The notes beneath the pieces are model-generated. The model was not told the origin of the DNA, searched no databases, and saw only the letters and a program-made list of their open reading frames with translations. Shown in pieces: positions 49,579-57,812 of a stretch of 57,812 bases of DNA. Positions within the stretch are counted from its first letter, which is position 1. Every line of letters begins with the position of its first letter. Source of the stretch: Povalibacter sp. (GTDB taxonomy: Bacteria; Pseudomonadota; Gammaproteobacteria; Steroidobacterales; Steroidobacteraceae); NCBI GenBank assembly GCA_045810085.1, contig JBJMWN010000346.1:1-57812 (forward strand), given 5' to 3'. Position numbers and translations under genes: made by a program.

Positions 49579-50634
49579 ATGAGCTTCATTACCAAACCCA
49601 AGATCACGCATCCCGGCGTGCTGAAAAACGAGCTGGGATTTACGCGGCGAGACTACGAGGGAGCGATGTCGACGCTCTGTGCGGGATGCGGGCATGACTC
49701 AGTCACCGCCGCAATCATTCAGGCCGTGTGGGAGCTTTCGATTCGGCCCGAGCAGCTGGCGAAGCTGTCAGGCATCGGTTGCTCTTCCAAAACCACGGCG
49801 TACTTCGACAGCGGCGGACACGGCTTTAATTCTGTGCATGGCCGCATGCCTTCGATCGCGACCGGCGCGAATGCTGCGAATCGTGATCTGTACTACGTCG
49901 GCGTTTCGGGTGACGGCGACACGTTGTCGATCGGCTTCGGCCAGTTCGCACATGCGATCCGACGCAACATCAACATGCTCTACATGCTGGAAAACAACGG
50001 CGTGTACGGTCTGACCAAAGGCCAGTTCTCTGCGTCGGCCGACATTGGCACGAAAGCCAAGCGCGGCGAGGAAAACGTGCAGCCGCCGATCGATCCCGTG
50101 CTGACGGCATTGACGCTGGGATGCACATTTGTTGCCCGCAGTTTTTCAGGCGACAAAGAGCAGCTGGTGCCGCTGATCAAGGCCGGGCTCAAGCACAAAG
50201 GTTTCGCGCTGATTGATGTGCTTTCACCGTGTGTGACGTTCAACGATCACGAGGGCTCAACCAAGAGCTATGGATTCGTTCGCGAGCACTACGATGAAGT
50301 CGTGCACGCAGACTTCGTGCCTCCGGCAGAAGAAATCACGGCGCGATATGCGGAAGGTGAAGCGATGCCGGTCACCCTGCATGACGGCAGTCGCGTGTTG
50401 CTGCGCAAGCTCGATCCGTCATACGACCCGACGCATCGCGGGAAAGCTTTCAACTATCTCCGCGAGAAACTTCGGCAAGGCGAGCATGTGACGGGCTTGA
50501 TCTACATCGACGGGAACAGTCCTGAATTTCATGCCGTGAACAAGACATCGGCGATGCCGTTGAACCAGCTGCCCTACGAAAAGCTGACGCCGGGGAGCAA
50601 AGGCATGGAAAAGATCATGGGCAGGTATCGGTGA
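49579..50634 (+). CDS. 2-oxoacid:ferredoxin oxidoreductase, beta subunit
   Basis: LCAGCGH, SGIGCSS, HGR, TPP motif GDGD..NN.VYGLTKGQ, SPCVTFN. Confidence 0.95.
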   Translation: MSFITKPKITHPGVLKNELGFTRRDYEGAMSTLCAGCGHDSVTAAIIQAVWELSIRPEQLAKLSGIGCSSKTTAYFDSGGHGFNSVHGRMPSIATGANAANRDLYYVGVSGDGDTLSIGFGQFAHAIRRNINMLYMLENNGVYGLTKGQFSASADIGTKAKRGEENVQPPIDPVLTALTLGCTFVARSFSGDKEQLVPLIKAGLKHKGFALIDVLSPCVTFNDHEGSTKSYGFVREHYDEVVHADFVPPAEEITARYAEGEAMPVTLHDGSRVLLRKLDPSYDPTHRGKAFNYLREKLRQGEHVTGLIYIDGNSPEFHAVNKTSAMPLNQLPYEKLTPGSKGMEKIMGRYR

Positions 50635-50677
50635 GTTGCCGAGGTCCGGCTGCGATCTCTTGCGGACAGTGATTGAC

Positions 50678-50700
50678 GTTCGACTGAAGTCGAACCCACA
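50678..50700. repeat. REP-like palindrome GTTCGACTGAAGTCGAACCCACA
   Basis: Identical 23-mer at 51590-51612; hairpin GTTCGACT/AGTCGAAC with a CCAC (GTGG) foot. Confidence 0.8.
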
Positions 50701-50711
50701 GCTCTCGCGCC

Positions 50712-51452
50712 TCAATGCATATGCAAACCGCCATTCACTGAAAAATCCGCGCCGGTGGCGAAGCCTGCTTCATCGGACGCGAGCCATCCGACGATCGAGG
50801 CAATTTCTTCCGGCTCACCCAAACGCTTGATTGGGATCGTGCCGACGATTTTGTCGAGTACGTCGGTTCGAATAGACCGAACCATCGCGGTACCGATATA
50901 GCCCGGCGACACAGTGTTCACCGTCACGCCCTTGGATGCGACTTCCTGGGCAAGCGCCATGGTGAATCCGTGGATGCCGGCCTTCGCGGTCGAATAGTTG
51001 GTCTGGCCGAACTGACCTTTCTGTCCGTTCACTGACGAGATGTTGATGATGCGTCCCCAGCCTTTCGCCAACATGTCGTCGATCACCTGTTTGGTGACAT
51101 TGAACATGCTGTTGAGATTGGTGTTGATGACCGTTTCCCATTCGACGCGGCTCATCTTGTGGAACGTCACGTCGCGCGTGATGCCCGCGTTGTTCACGAG
51201 CACATCGACACTGCCGATCTCCGCTTTCACTTTCGCAAACGCGGCCGTGGTGGAATCCCAATCAGCGACGTTGCCTTCGGAGGCAATGATCTCGTGACCC
51301 AAGGCCTGCATTTCGGCAAGCCATCGTTGTTTACGCGGCGAATTCGGACCGCATCCGGCGATGACACGAAAGCCGTCGCGGGATAGTCGTTTGCACAAGG
51401 CCGTGCCGATGCCACCCATACCCCCGGTGACATATGCGATACGCTGAGCCAT
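50712..51452 (-). CDS. phbB: Acetoacetyl-CoA reductase
   Basis: RIAYVTGGMGGIG, NNAGITRD, SSVNGQKGQFGQTNYS.AKAG, NGGLHM. Confidence 0.96.
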   Translation of the reverse strand: MAQRIAYVTGGMGGIGTALCKRLSRDGFRVIAGCGPNSPRKQRWLAEMQALGHEIIASEGNVADWDSTTAAFAKVKAEIGSVDVLVNNAGITRDVTFHKMSRVEWETVINTNLNSMFNVTKQVIDDMLAKGWGRIINISSVNGQKGQFGQTNYSTAKAGIHGFTMALAQEVASKGVTVNTVSPGYIGTAMVRSIRTDVLDKIVGTIPIKRLGEPEEIASIVGWLASDEAGFATGADFSVNGGLHMH

Positions 51453-51589
51453 CTTCGATTTTCTCCAAGCTCATCCCGCATGTTCCTCACGACCTGGCCT
51501 GGTCCAGATCGAGCCTGCCTTCGATCGAATCCAGGCAGGAGAGACATGAATCGGAGACCGCGTTTTGCGGCGGCGGGATCATAGCTGCA

Positions 51590-51690
51590 GTTCGACTGAA
51601 GTCGAACCCACAATAGAAACAAAAGACAGTCCCTGCTGTGGATCAAGGCTTGGCCAGGCATTTGCACTTCGACAAAGTCCGAACCCACAG
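51590..51690. repeat. REP copy plus a degenerate inverted REP pair
   Basis: Exact REP at 51590-51612; CTGTGGATCAAGGCTT...AAAGTCCGAACCCACAG at 51636-51690. Confidence 0.7.
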
Positions 51691-51695
51691 AGCCG

Positions 51696-52040
51696 TCAGT
51701 CCTTTTGCAGCAACCGCCGGATGTTCGCGAGGACGGTGTCGGGACAATGGAAAAGTTCACGGCGCGACACCGCGAACACACGATAGCCGAGCGACTCCAG
51801 AAATCGCGTGCGGGCATCGGCTTCACCGCGAGATCGCGAAAGATCGACAACCAGAGCCTGCTCAACGCAAACATGGTCGACGATGAAAGGCCCAATTTCG
51901 CATTCGCGCAGAAATCGGTGAGGACGCAGGCTTCGTGCGCGCAGCAAGTGAGTGAGGACCTCATCCGCTGAGTTGCCGGAAGCTACATAACCCCGATCGG
52001 ATCGGGATCGATAACGAAGGACGCCAGTGAACATGCCCAC
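51696..52040 (-). CDS. DUF559/Vsr-like endonuclease-domain protein, probably degenerate
   Basis: L...LR.R.L..HRF.R...IGPFIVD..C....LVV..., D..RT.FLES.GY.V; lacks the usual E.DG..H motif. Confidence 0.6.
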   Translation of the reverse strand: MGMFTGVLRYRSRSDRGYVASGNSADEVLTHLLRARSLRPHRFLRECEIGPFIVDHVCVEQALVVDLSRSRGEADARTRFLESLGYRVFAVSRRELFHCPDTVLANIRRLLQKD

Positions 52041-52262
52041 ACGTTAGCGGGCAACGACAGGATTCGAAGAGCTGTTATGTACTCAAGATGGCGAGAAATG
52101 CGCTTGCCATCCAGAGCGTGTCGGAGTGAAGGTCAGATCGAGAGCGACCGAACGGCGATCTCAGACGTGACTGCGAAGCAAAAAGACTCAGCGGCCCGAA
52201 TAACGTAGGACAAACCAGCCGGGGTTCCTGCGAACTGTCAAATCGATCAGCTCCAAGTTTGA

Positions 52263-52466
52263 TCAGCCCCAGGTGCGCTTCGAGGAATTCGACCAGAGTG
52301 CACACACGGGTGAGCTCTCGATATTCGCTCGGCCAACACGACGATGACTCGCACCGCCCGAGAGACATCGCGGATCGCGAGCCCACTGCACGGCGTAGAT
52401 CACCGGATCGAGACTTGCGCTCATCAAGTCATTGAGATGCTGCTGCCAGGCCTTCTTTGTGTTCAT
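52263..52466 (-). CDS. Small hypothetical protein (67 aa), possibly frameshifted
   Basis: GAGGA RBS and an ECF-type promoter upstream of ATG 52466 (MNTKKAWQQHL...). Confidence 0.4.
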   Translation of the reverse strand: MNTKKAWQQHLNDLMSASLDPVIYAVQWARDPRCLSGGASHRRVGRANIESSPVCALWSNSSKRTWG

Positions 52467-52496
52467 GATCGCTATCCTCATTTCGACCACCGGCGC

Positions 52497-52522
52497 AACG
52501 CCGCCGGGTTCATACCAGTTCC
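52497..52522 (-). promoter_or_regulatory. ECF-sigma promoter GGAACT-N16-CGTT
   Basis: - strand GGAACT-ggtatgaacccggcgg-CGTT. Confidence 0.55.
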
Positions 52523-53029
52523 TTCGACCCTCGCTAATCCCATCGGCGCGCAACGCCCGCGGGTTGAATCTTCAAAGCCCGACGTCGGGCTCCGGCGACA
52601 AGATTTGCGACGTACTTCGCAATCGTCCTGTCATTCATTATTCGAGTGTTCGATGAATTGAGCGTGAATGCTCTCTTCTCAATTCGGATTCACCATTCGA
52701 ATTTTGGTTCAATCGAACTGCGTTGTCTGCGCTTTTTCCGTCCTCCATGTGCGACGTCAAACGAATCCTGCAGCGAAGCGCTTAAGCATTTGATCGCGAT
52801 CACACGCAGGTCACAGAATGGTTTGATGCCGCGTTTCGATCTCTTAAGCACACCGCAACTGAAGAGAGCTTCTCACTCAAGCAGTACCCGAACAGAACCT
52901 GTCGCAAGCGCTGAACTCATCCTCCTGCAATCTGCAGCGCAGCACTCTGGCTTTCACGTCAATCAGTTCTCGATGCGCGAGCACTGCCTCGCTATGATCG
53001 ACCCGTAGTTCAACGCGTTCGGGGGATAG

Positions 53030-54244
53030 ATGCAGTTCGAACACACCGGCAAAGTGCAGTCGCTTATCGCGCAGCTCGAATCGTTTTTTGCCGAACACAT
53101 CTATCCGAACGAACAATCCGTGAAGGAGTTGGTCGAGCGACGTCTGGGCGCAGCTCGCTGGGAAGCGATTCCTATCGTCGAGCAACTGAAACCCAAGGCG
53201 CGGGCCGCCGGATTATGGAATTTGTTCCTGCCGCACTCAGATCGAGGCGCCGGTCTCTCCAATCTCGAATACGCACCCTTGTGCGAGATCATGGGCCGCG
53301 TGGCGTGGTCCTCCGAGGTATTCAACTGCTCTGCGCCAGACACCGGCAACATGGAGGTGCTGGAACGCTATGCCAGCGCAGCGAACAAGGAACGCTGGTT
53401 GAAGCCATTGCTCGAGGGCGAGATTCGCTCAGCCTTCTGCATGACCGAACCGGGCGTGGCGTCATCGGATGCGACGAACATCGAAACCAGCATTCGGCGC
53501 GAAGGCGATCACTACGTCATCAACGGTCGCAAATGGTGGTCATCGGGAGCGGGCGACGTTCGCTGCAAGATTCTCATCGTCATGGGCAAAACCGACCCGA
53601 ACGCTCCGAAACATCAGCAGCAATCGCAAGTGCTGGTGCCGATGGAGTCACCCGGAGTGAACGTCATTCGGCAACTTCCCGTGTTCGGCTTCGACGATGC
53701 GCCACACGGGCACGCCGAGATCGAGTTCAAAGATGTGCGCGTTCCTCTCGACAATATCCTGCTCGGCGAAGGCCGCGGATTCGAAATCGCTCAGGCGCGA
53801 CTCGGCCCCGGACGCATACATCACTGCATGCGAAATGTCGGCGTTGCAGAGCGAGTGCTCGAGAAGATGTGTCAGCGTCTGCTGGGACGCGTCGCGTTCG
53901 GAAAAGCGATCGCCGACCAATCGATCTGGCTGGAACGCATTGCGAACTGCCGGATCATGATCGATCAAGCGCGTCTTCTGGTGCTCAGTGCCGCAGACAA
54001 GATGGATCGCCTGGGCAACAAAGCGGCGAGACGCGAAATCGCGATGATCAAGGTAGCAGCACCGGCGATGCTGAACTATGTCGTGGATTGGGCGATCCAG
54101 GCGCACGGCGCTGCCGGTGTTACTACCGATTTTGATCTCGGACACATCGCAGCCACAGCTCGGACGATGCGCATCGTGGATGGTCCTGACGAAGTGCATC
54201 GCAATCAGATTGGCAAGATGGAACTCGAGAAGTACAAGCGCTAG
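53030..54244 (+). CDS. Acyl-CoA dehydrogenase
   Basis: [51 protein letters not shown]. Confidence 0.96.
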   Translation: MQFEHTGKVQSLIAQLESFFAEHIYPNEQSVKELVERRLGAARWEAIPIVEQLKPKARAAGLWNLFLPHSDRGAGLSNLEYAPLCEIMGRVAWSSEVFNCSAPDTGNMEVLERYASAANKERWLKPLLEGEIRSAFCMTEPGVASSDATNIETSIRREGDHYVINGRKWWSSGAGDVRCKILIVMGKTDPNAPKHQQQSQVLVPMESPGVNVIRQLPVFGFDDAPHGHAEIEFKDVRVPLDNILLGEGRGFEIAQARLGPGRIHHCMRNVGVAERVLEKMCQRLLGRVAFGKAIADQSIWLERIANCRIMIDQARLLVLSAADKMDRLGNKAARREIAMIKVAAPAMLNYVVDWAIQAHGAAGVTTDFDLGHIAATARTMRIVDGPDEVHRNQIGKMELEKYKR

Positions 54245-54264
54245 CGCGGAGCTGACATCCTCAC

Positions 54265-54319
54265 TGTGGGTCCGGCTTCAGCCGGATAGTTGTCTCGTTC
54301 TACTAAAGTCCAACCCACA
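54265..54319. repeat. Inverted REP pair (REPIN-like)
   Basis: TGTGGGTCCGGCTTCAGCCGGA...CTAAAGTCCAACCCACA. Confidence 0.7.
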
Positions 54320-54373
54320 ATGGCAGAGACAGGAAAGACTTTTCAACTCGACAGACTTTCACAGGAGCTGCGA

Positions 54374-55147
54374 ATGGCAACCTCATTGTTCGATCTGACT
54401 GGCAAGGTGGCTGTGGTCACAGGATCGAGCCGCGGCATCGGGCGCGCCATTGCCGAGCGACTGGCCGAGCATGGCGCGAAAGTCGTGATCAGCAGTCGAT
54501 CAATCGAGGACTGTGAGCAGGTCGTTCAGGCCATCGTCAGCAAAGGTGGCGAGGCGTTCGCACACGCCTGCAATATCGCGAGCAAAGAAGATCTGCAATC
54601 ACTCGTGAACGCAGCAATAGGAAAGTGGGGTGGCATCGACGTGCTCGTGTGCAATGCCGCCGTCAATCCTTACTTCGGTCCATCGATCAGCATGCCTGAC
54701 GATGCGTACGACAAGATCATGAACTCGAATGTCCGCAGCAACTTCTGGTTGTGCAACATGGCGCTCCCGCAAATGGCAGAGCGCGGCGGCGGCTCCATCA
54801 TCGTCGTCTCGTCCATCGCGGGACTACTTGGAACATCGCAGCTGGGCGTCTATGGAATTTCGAAAGCGGCCGACATGGCGCTCGTGCGAAACATCTGCGT
54901 GGAATGGGGGCCGAAGAACGTGCGCGCGAACTGCATCGCTCCAGGTCTGGTGCGGACCGAATTCGCACGCGCGCTTTGGGAAAATCCACAGATCTACGCG
55001 GCGACTATCAAAGGGTATCCGCTGCGTCGCATCGGCGAGCCTGACGAAATCGCAGGCGCAGCCGTATTCCTTGCCGGGCCAAGCGGCTCATTCATGACGG
55101 GTCAAACCATCGTAATCGATGGCGGCGGTGTTATCGGGAGGGGATAA
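54374..55147 (+). CDS. Short-chain dehydrogenase/reductase
   Basis: TGSSRGIG, NAAVNP, YGISK; CAGGAG RBS before ATG 54374. Confidence 0.94.
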   Translation: MATSLFDLTGKVAVVTGSSRGIGRAIAERLAEHGAKVVISSRSIEDCEQVVQAIVSKGGEAFAHACNIASKEDLQSLVNAAIGKWGGIDVLVCNAAVNPYFGPSISMPDDAYDKIMNSNVRSNFWLCNMALPQMAERGGGSIIVVSSIAGLLGTSQLGVYGISKAADMALVRNICVEWGPKNVRANCIAPGLVRTEFARALWENPQIYAATIKGYPLRRIGEPDEIAGAAVFLAGPSGSFMTGQTIVIDGGGVIGRG

Positions 55148-55151
55148 GAGC

Positions 55152-55263
55152 AGGAGTAACCACAAAGAACACATAGGCCACATAGACCAGAAAGAACCGA
55201 GGCCTTTGCGGTTCAGAGCACCGATCCGCCCCATTTCGTTTTGTGTTCTATGTGGTTACTCCT
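55152..55263. repeat. Diverged copy of the inverted-repeat element
   Basis: AGGAGTAACCACAAAGAACACA...TGTGTTCTATGTGGTTACTCCT between convergent genes. Confidence 0.7.
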
Positions 55264-56914
55264 AACTCTTCGCCTTCGGCACGAAAAAGAAATCGCCGAT
55301 TTCGTGGCCTGCGCCTTTGATCGATTTGAACTCTGGCGTTTGTACGAACTTGTTGTGCGCAGCTGCAACTTCGACACGCTTGCGCACGCGACTGAAGAGT
55401 TCGGGGCTCGAGAGAATGCCGGTGTTATTTTCGAGCTCATCCAGAAACGCTCGGGCGAACACAGAGTTACCGCCGCCGCCTTCATCCAATACCGGTGAGT
55501 CGCCGCCCGAAGTGAGCAGCAGGCGCGAACGTTTGGGCAACTTGTACATCACATAGTCGCGCGAGTAGCTCACCTTGTCGTTCATGAACAGGTAGCTCGG
55601 GTCCGTCGATAACAATCCTGCGTAGCAGGAGTCGGCAACGACGAGCACGCGCTTCGCAGGCAGACGACTCAGGTGACCGGTGATCTGTTCATTCGGCACC
55701 CAGAACGTATCTTTCGGCGGAGCGTCCGCATTCACCGGCAACCAGTAACCGCTTTGCGATTTGCCGCTGTTCAAACGTTCGCCATGGCCCGCGTAGTAGA
55801 TGAGCAGATTGTCGTCTGGCTTGAGCACCGCATTCAGATCGTTCAAGGCCTTCAGCATCTGCACGTCATCGGCGTCTTCGAGGACCTGAACATTGAATCC
55901 GTATTTGCTCGCGAGAATGCGCGCCGCGCGTTGCACGTCGTACTTCGGTGTTTGCAGGCTTTCGATGGCCTGATAGTTCTGATTGCCGATCACGACCGCG
56001 TAGTAGCGACCGAACTTCAGTCCGCCGAGCGTGCGCTCATCCGCAATCGCCGGCAGTTGCGGCAGCTCGCGGGATTGTGGCGATCGGGTCGTTGGAATTC
56101 CTGCCAACTTCTGCGCGCTCTTGCGTTTCTCATCCTCGAGCTGCGCGATCCATTTCTTCAGCGCGTCGACTTCCTTGTTGTCGGACGTCGGCTGTTGGGC
56201 GGCGGGTTGCTTCGCGACCTTGTCTTGCAGGTCTCGCAATTGTTTTTGAAGCAAACCAAGCTGCTGGTCGCGTTCGCTGATCACGGACTCGAGTTGCTTG
56301 CGCAGCTCGTCCTGCTCACGCTCGGCAGCCGACGTATAAATAAGACTATCTTCCGGAATGCCCGAGGCCTGGCGATAAAGATTCAACGCTTTCAAGCCAT
56401 CCTGCGGTACGCCCAGGCCTTGCTCGTACAACGTTCCCAGATTAAACAGTGCCCGTGCGTAGTTTTTGTCCGCGGCTTTCTGATACCAGCTTGCCGCAGC
56501 CGAGTAGTCCGGTGCGACACCCAATCCGCGCTCGTAGATCTCACCGACGTTCGTTTGCGCTTCCACATCGCCGCTCTGGGCCGTTTCCATCCAGATACGC
56601 AAGGCGGACGCGAGATCCGCGCGATCGTACGCAACGAATTCGCCACCTCGAATGCTGCACTCTGAAGTTGTCGTGCGGACAGGCCGTCGCGGAGTGAGAT
56701 AACTGGCGTTGCCCAACTGCCGTACCTGTCCTGGCAACAAACAATCCACGATCTCGAGATCGGATCGTTTGATCATGCCCTTGGTTGCCGCGTCCTTCTC
56801 AGAAGGCGTGGCCGCTGATGCGGTCATGAGGACGGCTGGAATGATCAAGCATCCTGCCCGCATCAGCAGAGTGGTCGATGACCTCGCGACTCGGTGAATG
56901 TGCTTGTTGAGCAT
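55262..56914 (-). CDS. Caspase-family (peptidase C14) protein with SEL1-like repeats and a coiled coil, putatively exported
   Basis: AQTNVGEIYERGLG..D...AA.WY.KAA (SEL1), YYAGHG and DSCYAG His-Cys dyad; hydrophobic N-region; start uncertain. Confidence 0.9.
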   Translation of the reverse strand: MLNKHIHRVARSSTTLLMRAGCLIIPAVLMTASAATPSEKDAATKGMIKRSDLEIVDCLLPGQVRQLGNASYLTPRRPVRTTTSECSIRGGEFVAYDRADLASALRIWMETAQSGDVEAQTNVGEIYERGLGVAPDYSAAASWYQKAADKNYARALFNLGTLYEQGLGVPQDGLKALNLYRQASGIPEDSLIYTSAAEREQDELRKQLESVISERDQQLGLLQKQLRDLQDKVAKQPAAQQPTSDNKEVDALKKWIAQLEDEKRKSAQKLAGIPTTRSPQSRELPQLPAIADERTLGGLKFGRYYAVVIGNQNYQAIESLQTPKYDVQRAARILASKYGFNVQVLEDADDVQMLKALNDLNAVLKPDDNLLIYYAGHGERLNSGKSQSGYWLPVNADAPPKDTFWVPNEQITGHLSRLPAKRVLVVADSCYAGLLSTDPSYLFMNDKVSYSRDYVMYKLPKRSRLLLTSGGDSPVLDEGGGGNSVFARAFLDELENNTGILSSPELFSRVRKRVEVAAAHNKFVQTPEFKSIKGAGHEIGDFFFVPKAKS

Positions 56915-57043
56915 TCTCTGAATTCGATTTTTACGGTGGCATCGGAAGCCGCCGGCCATTGTCCGGATATCCATCAGCAGATGCCAGGGTCGAAAGGGCG
57001 CGTTCAAATTGACAATCCGGCGACCGCAGGTCGCAATGGCCTC

Positions 57044-57812
57044 ATGTTCCGACGTTGCGCTTTGCTTATGTCACTCCTCGCATTCGGCTGCAGCTCGCCG
57101 GGCCAGCGCATCGATGATCTGGCGCATGCGGCTCAGCTATCGCGCCGGATTGTCGAAGGCACTCACTTCGAACACATCGTCTACGCTAATGCGAACGCGC
57201 TTGGTTCCAATGATCAGCGGCTGTTCGTATTTCTGGATGGCGATGGTCGACCGTGGGATGCCGACGGGCTGCGACCCTCGAAGGATCCCACGACTCGCCA
57301 TCCGATCGCGCTCCAGTTGTTGATGCGAACGCAAGCGCCGGCGATTTACATCAGCCGTCCCTGTTATCAGCAGCGCACCCAGGCTGCGTGCTCATCACGC
57401 CTGTGGACGCAGGCCCGTTATTCGGAAGAAGTGGTCGCGAGTATCGCCAGTGCCATTCGCAAGATTGCAGCTGAGCGCTCCGCAACCAATCTCGGTCTGA
57501 TCGGATATAGCGGCGGTGGTGTGCTCGCGGTGCTCGTGGCCGAACGCCTCGACGGTGTGAGCTCAGTCATGACGCTTGGCGCAAATCTGGATGTCGATGC
57601 CTGGACTGCAGAGCACAGCTATCTGCCGCTGGATGAATCTCTCAATCCGGCACGCAGCGAACGAACACATCCGTGGATAGAGACTCACTTGCAAGGCGCT
57701 CGTGACACCGTAGTCCCGTCTGCAACGACCGACGCGTATTTTGTTCGTTACCCAGCCGCTCGGCGACAACTGTTCGCCACTTACGATCACAGCTGTTGCT
57801 GGGTCGATGATT
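57044..57812 (+). CDS. Alpha/beta hydrolase lipoprotein; 3' end runs off the window
   Basis: Translated by hand: MFRRCALLMSLLAFGC...FLDGDGRPW...SRPCY...GYSGGG...G.RD.VVP...DHSCCW. Confidence 0.85.
   Translation, partial: MFRRCALLMSLLAFGCSSPGQRIDDLAHAAQLSRRIVEGTHFEHIVYANANALGSNDQRLFVFLDGDGRPWDADGLRPSKDPTTRHPIALQLLMRTQAPAIYISRPCYQQRTQAACSSRLWTQARYSEEVVASIASAIRKIAAERSATNLGLIGYSGGGVLAVLVAERLDGVSSVMTLGANLDVDAWTAEHSYLPLDESLNPARSERTHPWIETHLQGARDTVVPSATTDAYFVRYPAARRQLFATYDHSCCWVDD

Noticed and set aside
52646-53008. 120-aa + strand ORF upstream of the acyl-CoA dehydrogenase
   Set aside because: No RBS, atypical composition and no motif; more likely regulatory DNA.

Overview
GC-rich gammaproteobacterial chromosome segment, probably Steroidobacter/Xanthomonadales-like (inference from gene content only). 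It contains about 40 CDS; I found no rRNA, tRNA, CRISPR array or transposase. In order: (1) a TonB-dependent receptor/SapC/cupin/two flavin-dependent halogenase cluster behind LacI-like operators; (2) a sulfate ABC transporter (cysA with a USP-like C-terminal extension, sbp, cysT, cysW) followed by a histidine kinase, two paralogous OmpR-family regulators and an FAD oxidoreductase, where three upstream regions share a phased hexamer array (about 11-bp period); (3) a stand-alone HerA/DUF87-like ATPase, DUF4398/OmpA lipoproteins and a redox cluster (TlpA, yajQ, ahpCF, ndh, NUDIX, oxyR, PCuAC); (4) a five-gene DUF11-domain surface locus; (5) a GltD-like protein plus 2-oxoacid oxidoreductase alpha/beta, phbB, an acyl-CoA dehydrogenase, an SDR, a putatively exported SEL1-caspase and a lipoprotein hydrolase. 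The best candidate for a new system is the DUF11 locus. Its proteins appear to carry a split DUF11/isopeptide-type domain, with an N-terminal donor strand and a C-terminal strand-deficient acceptor. These halves are distributed as tip (acceptor only), shaft (donor plus acceptor) and outer-membrane anchor (donor only), which suggests a head-to-tail, possibly isopeptide-crosslinked Gram-negative fibre. All family calls come from reading motifs by eye; no searches were run.
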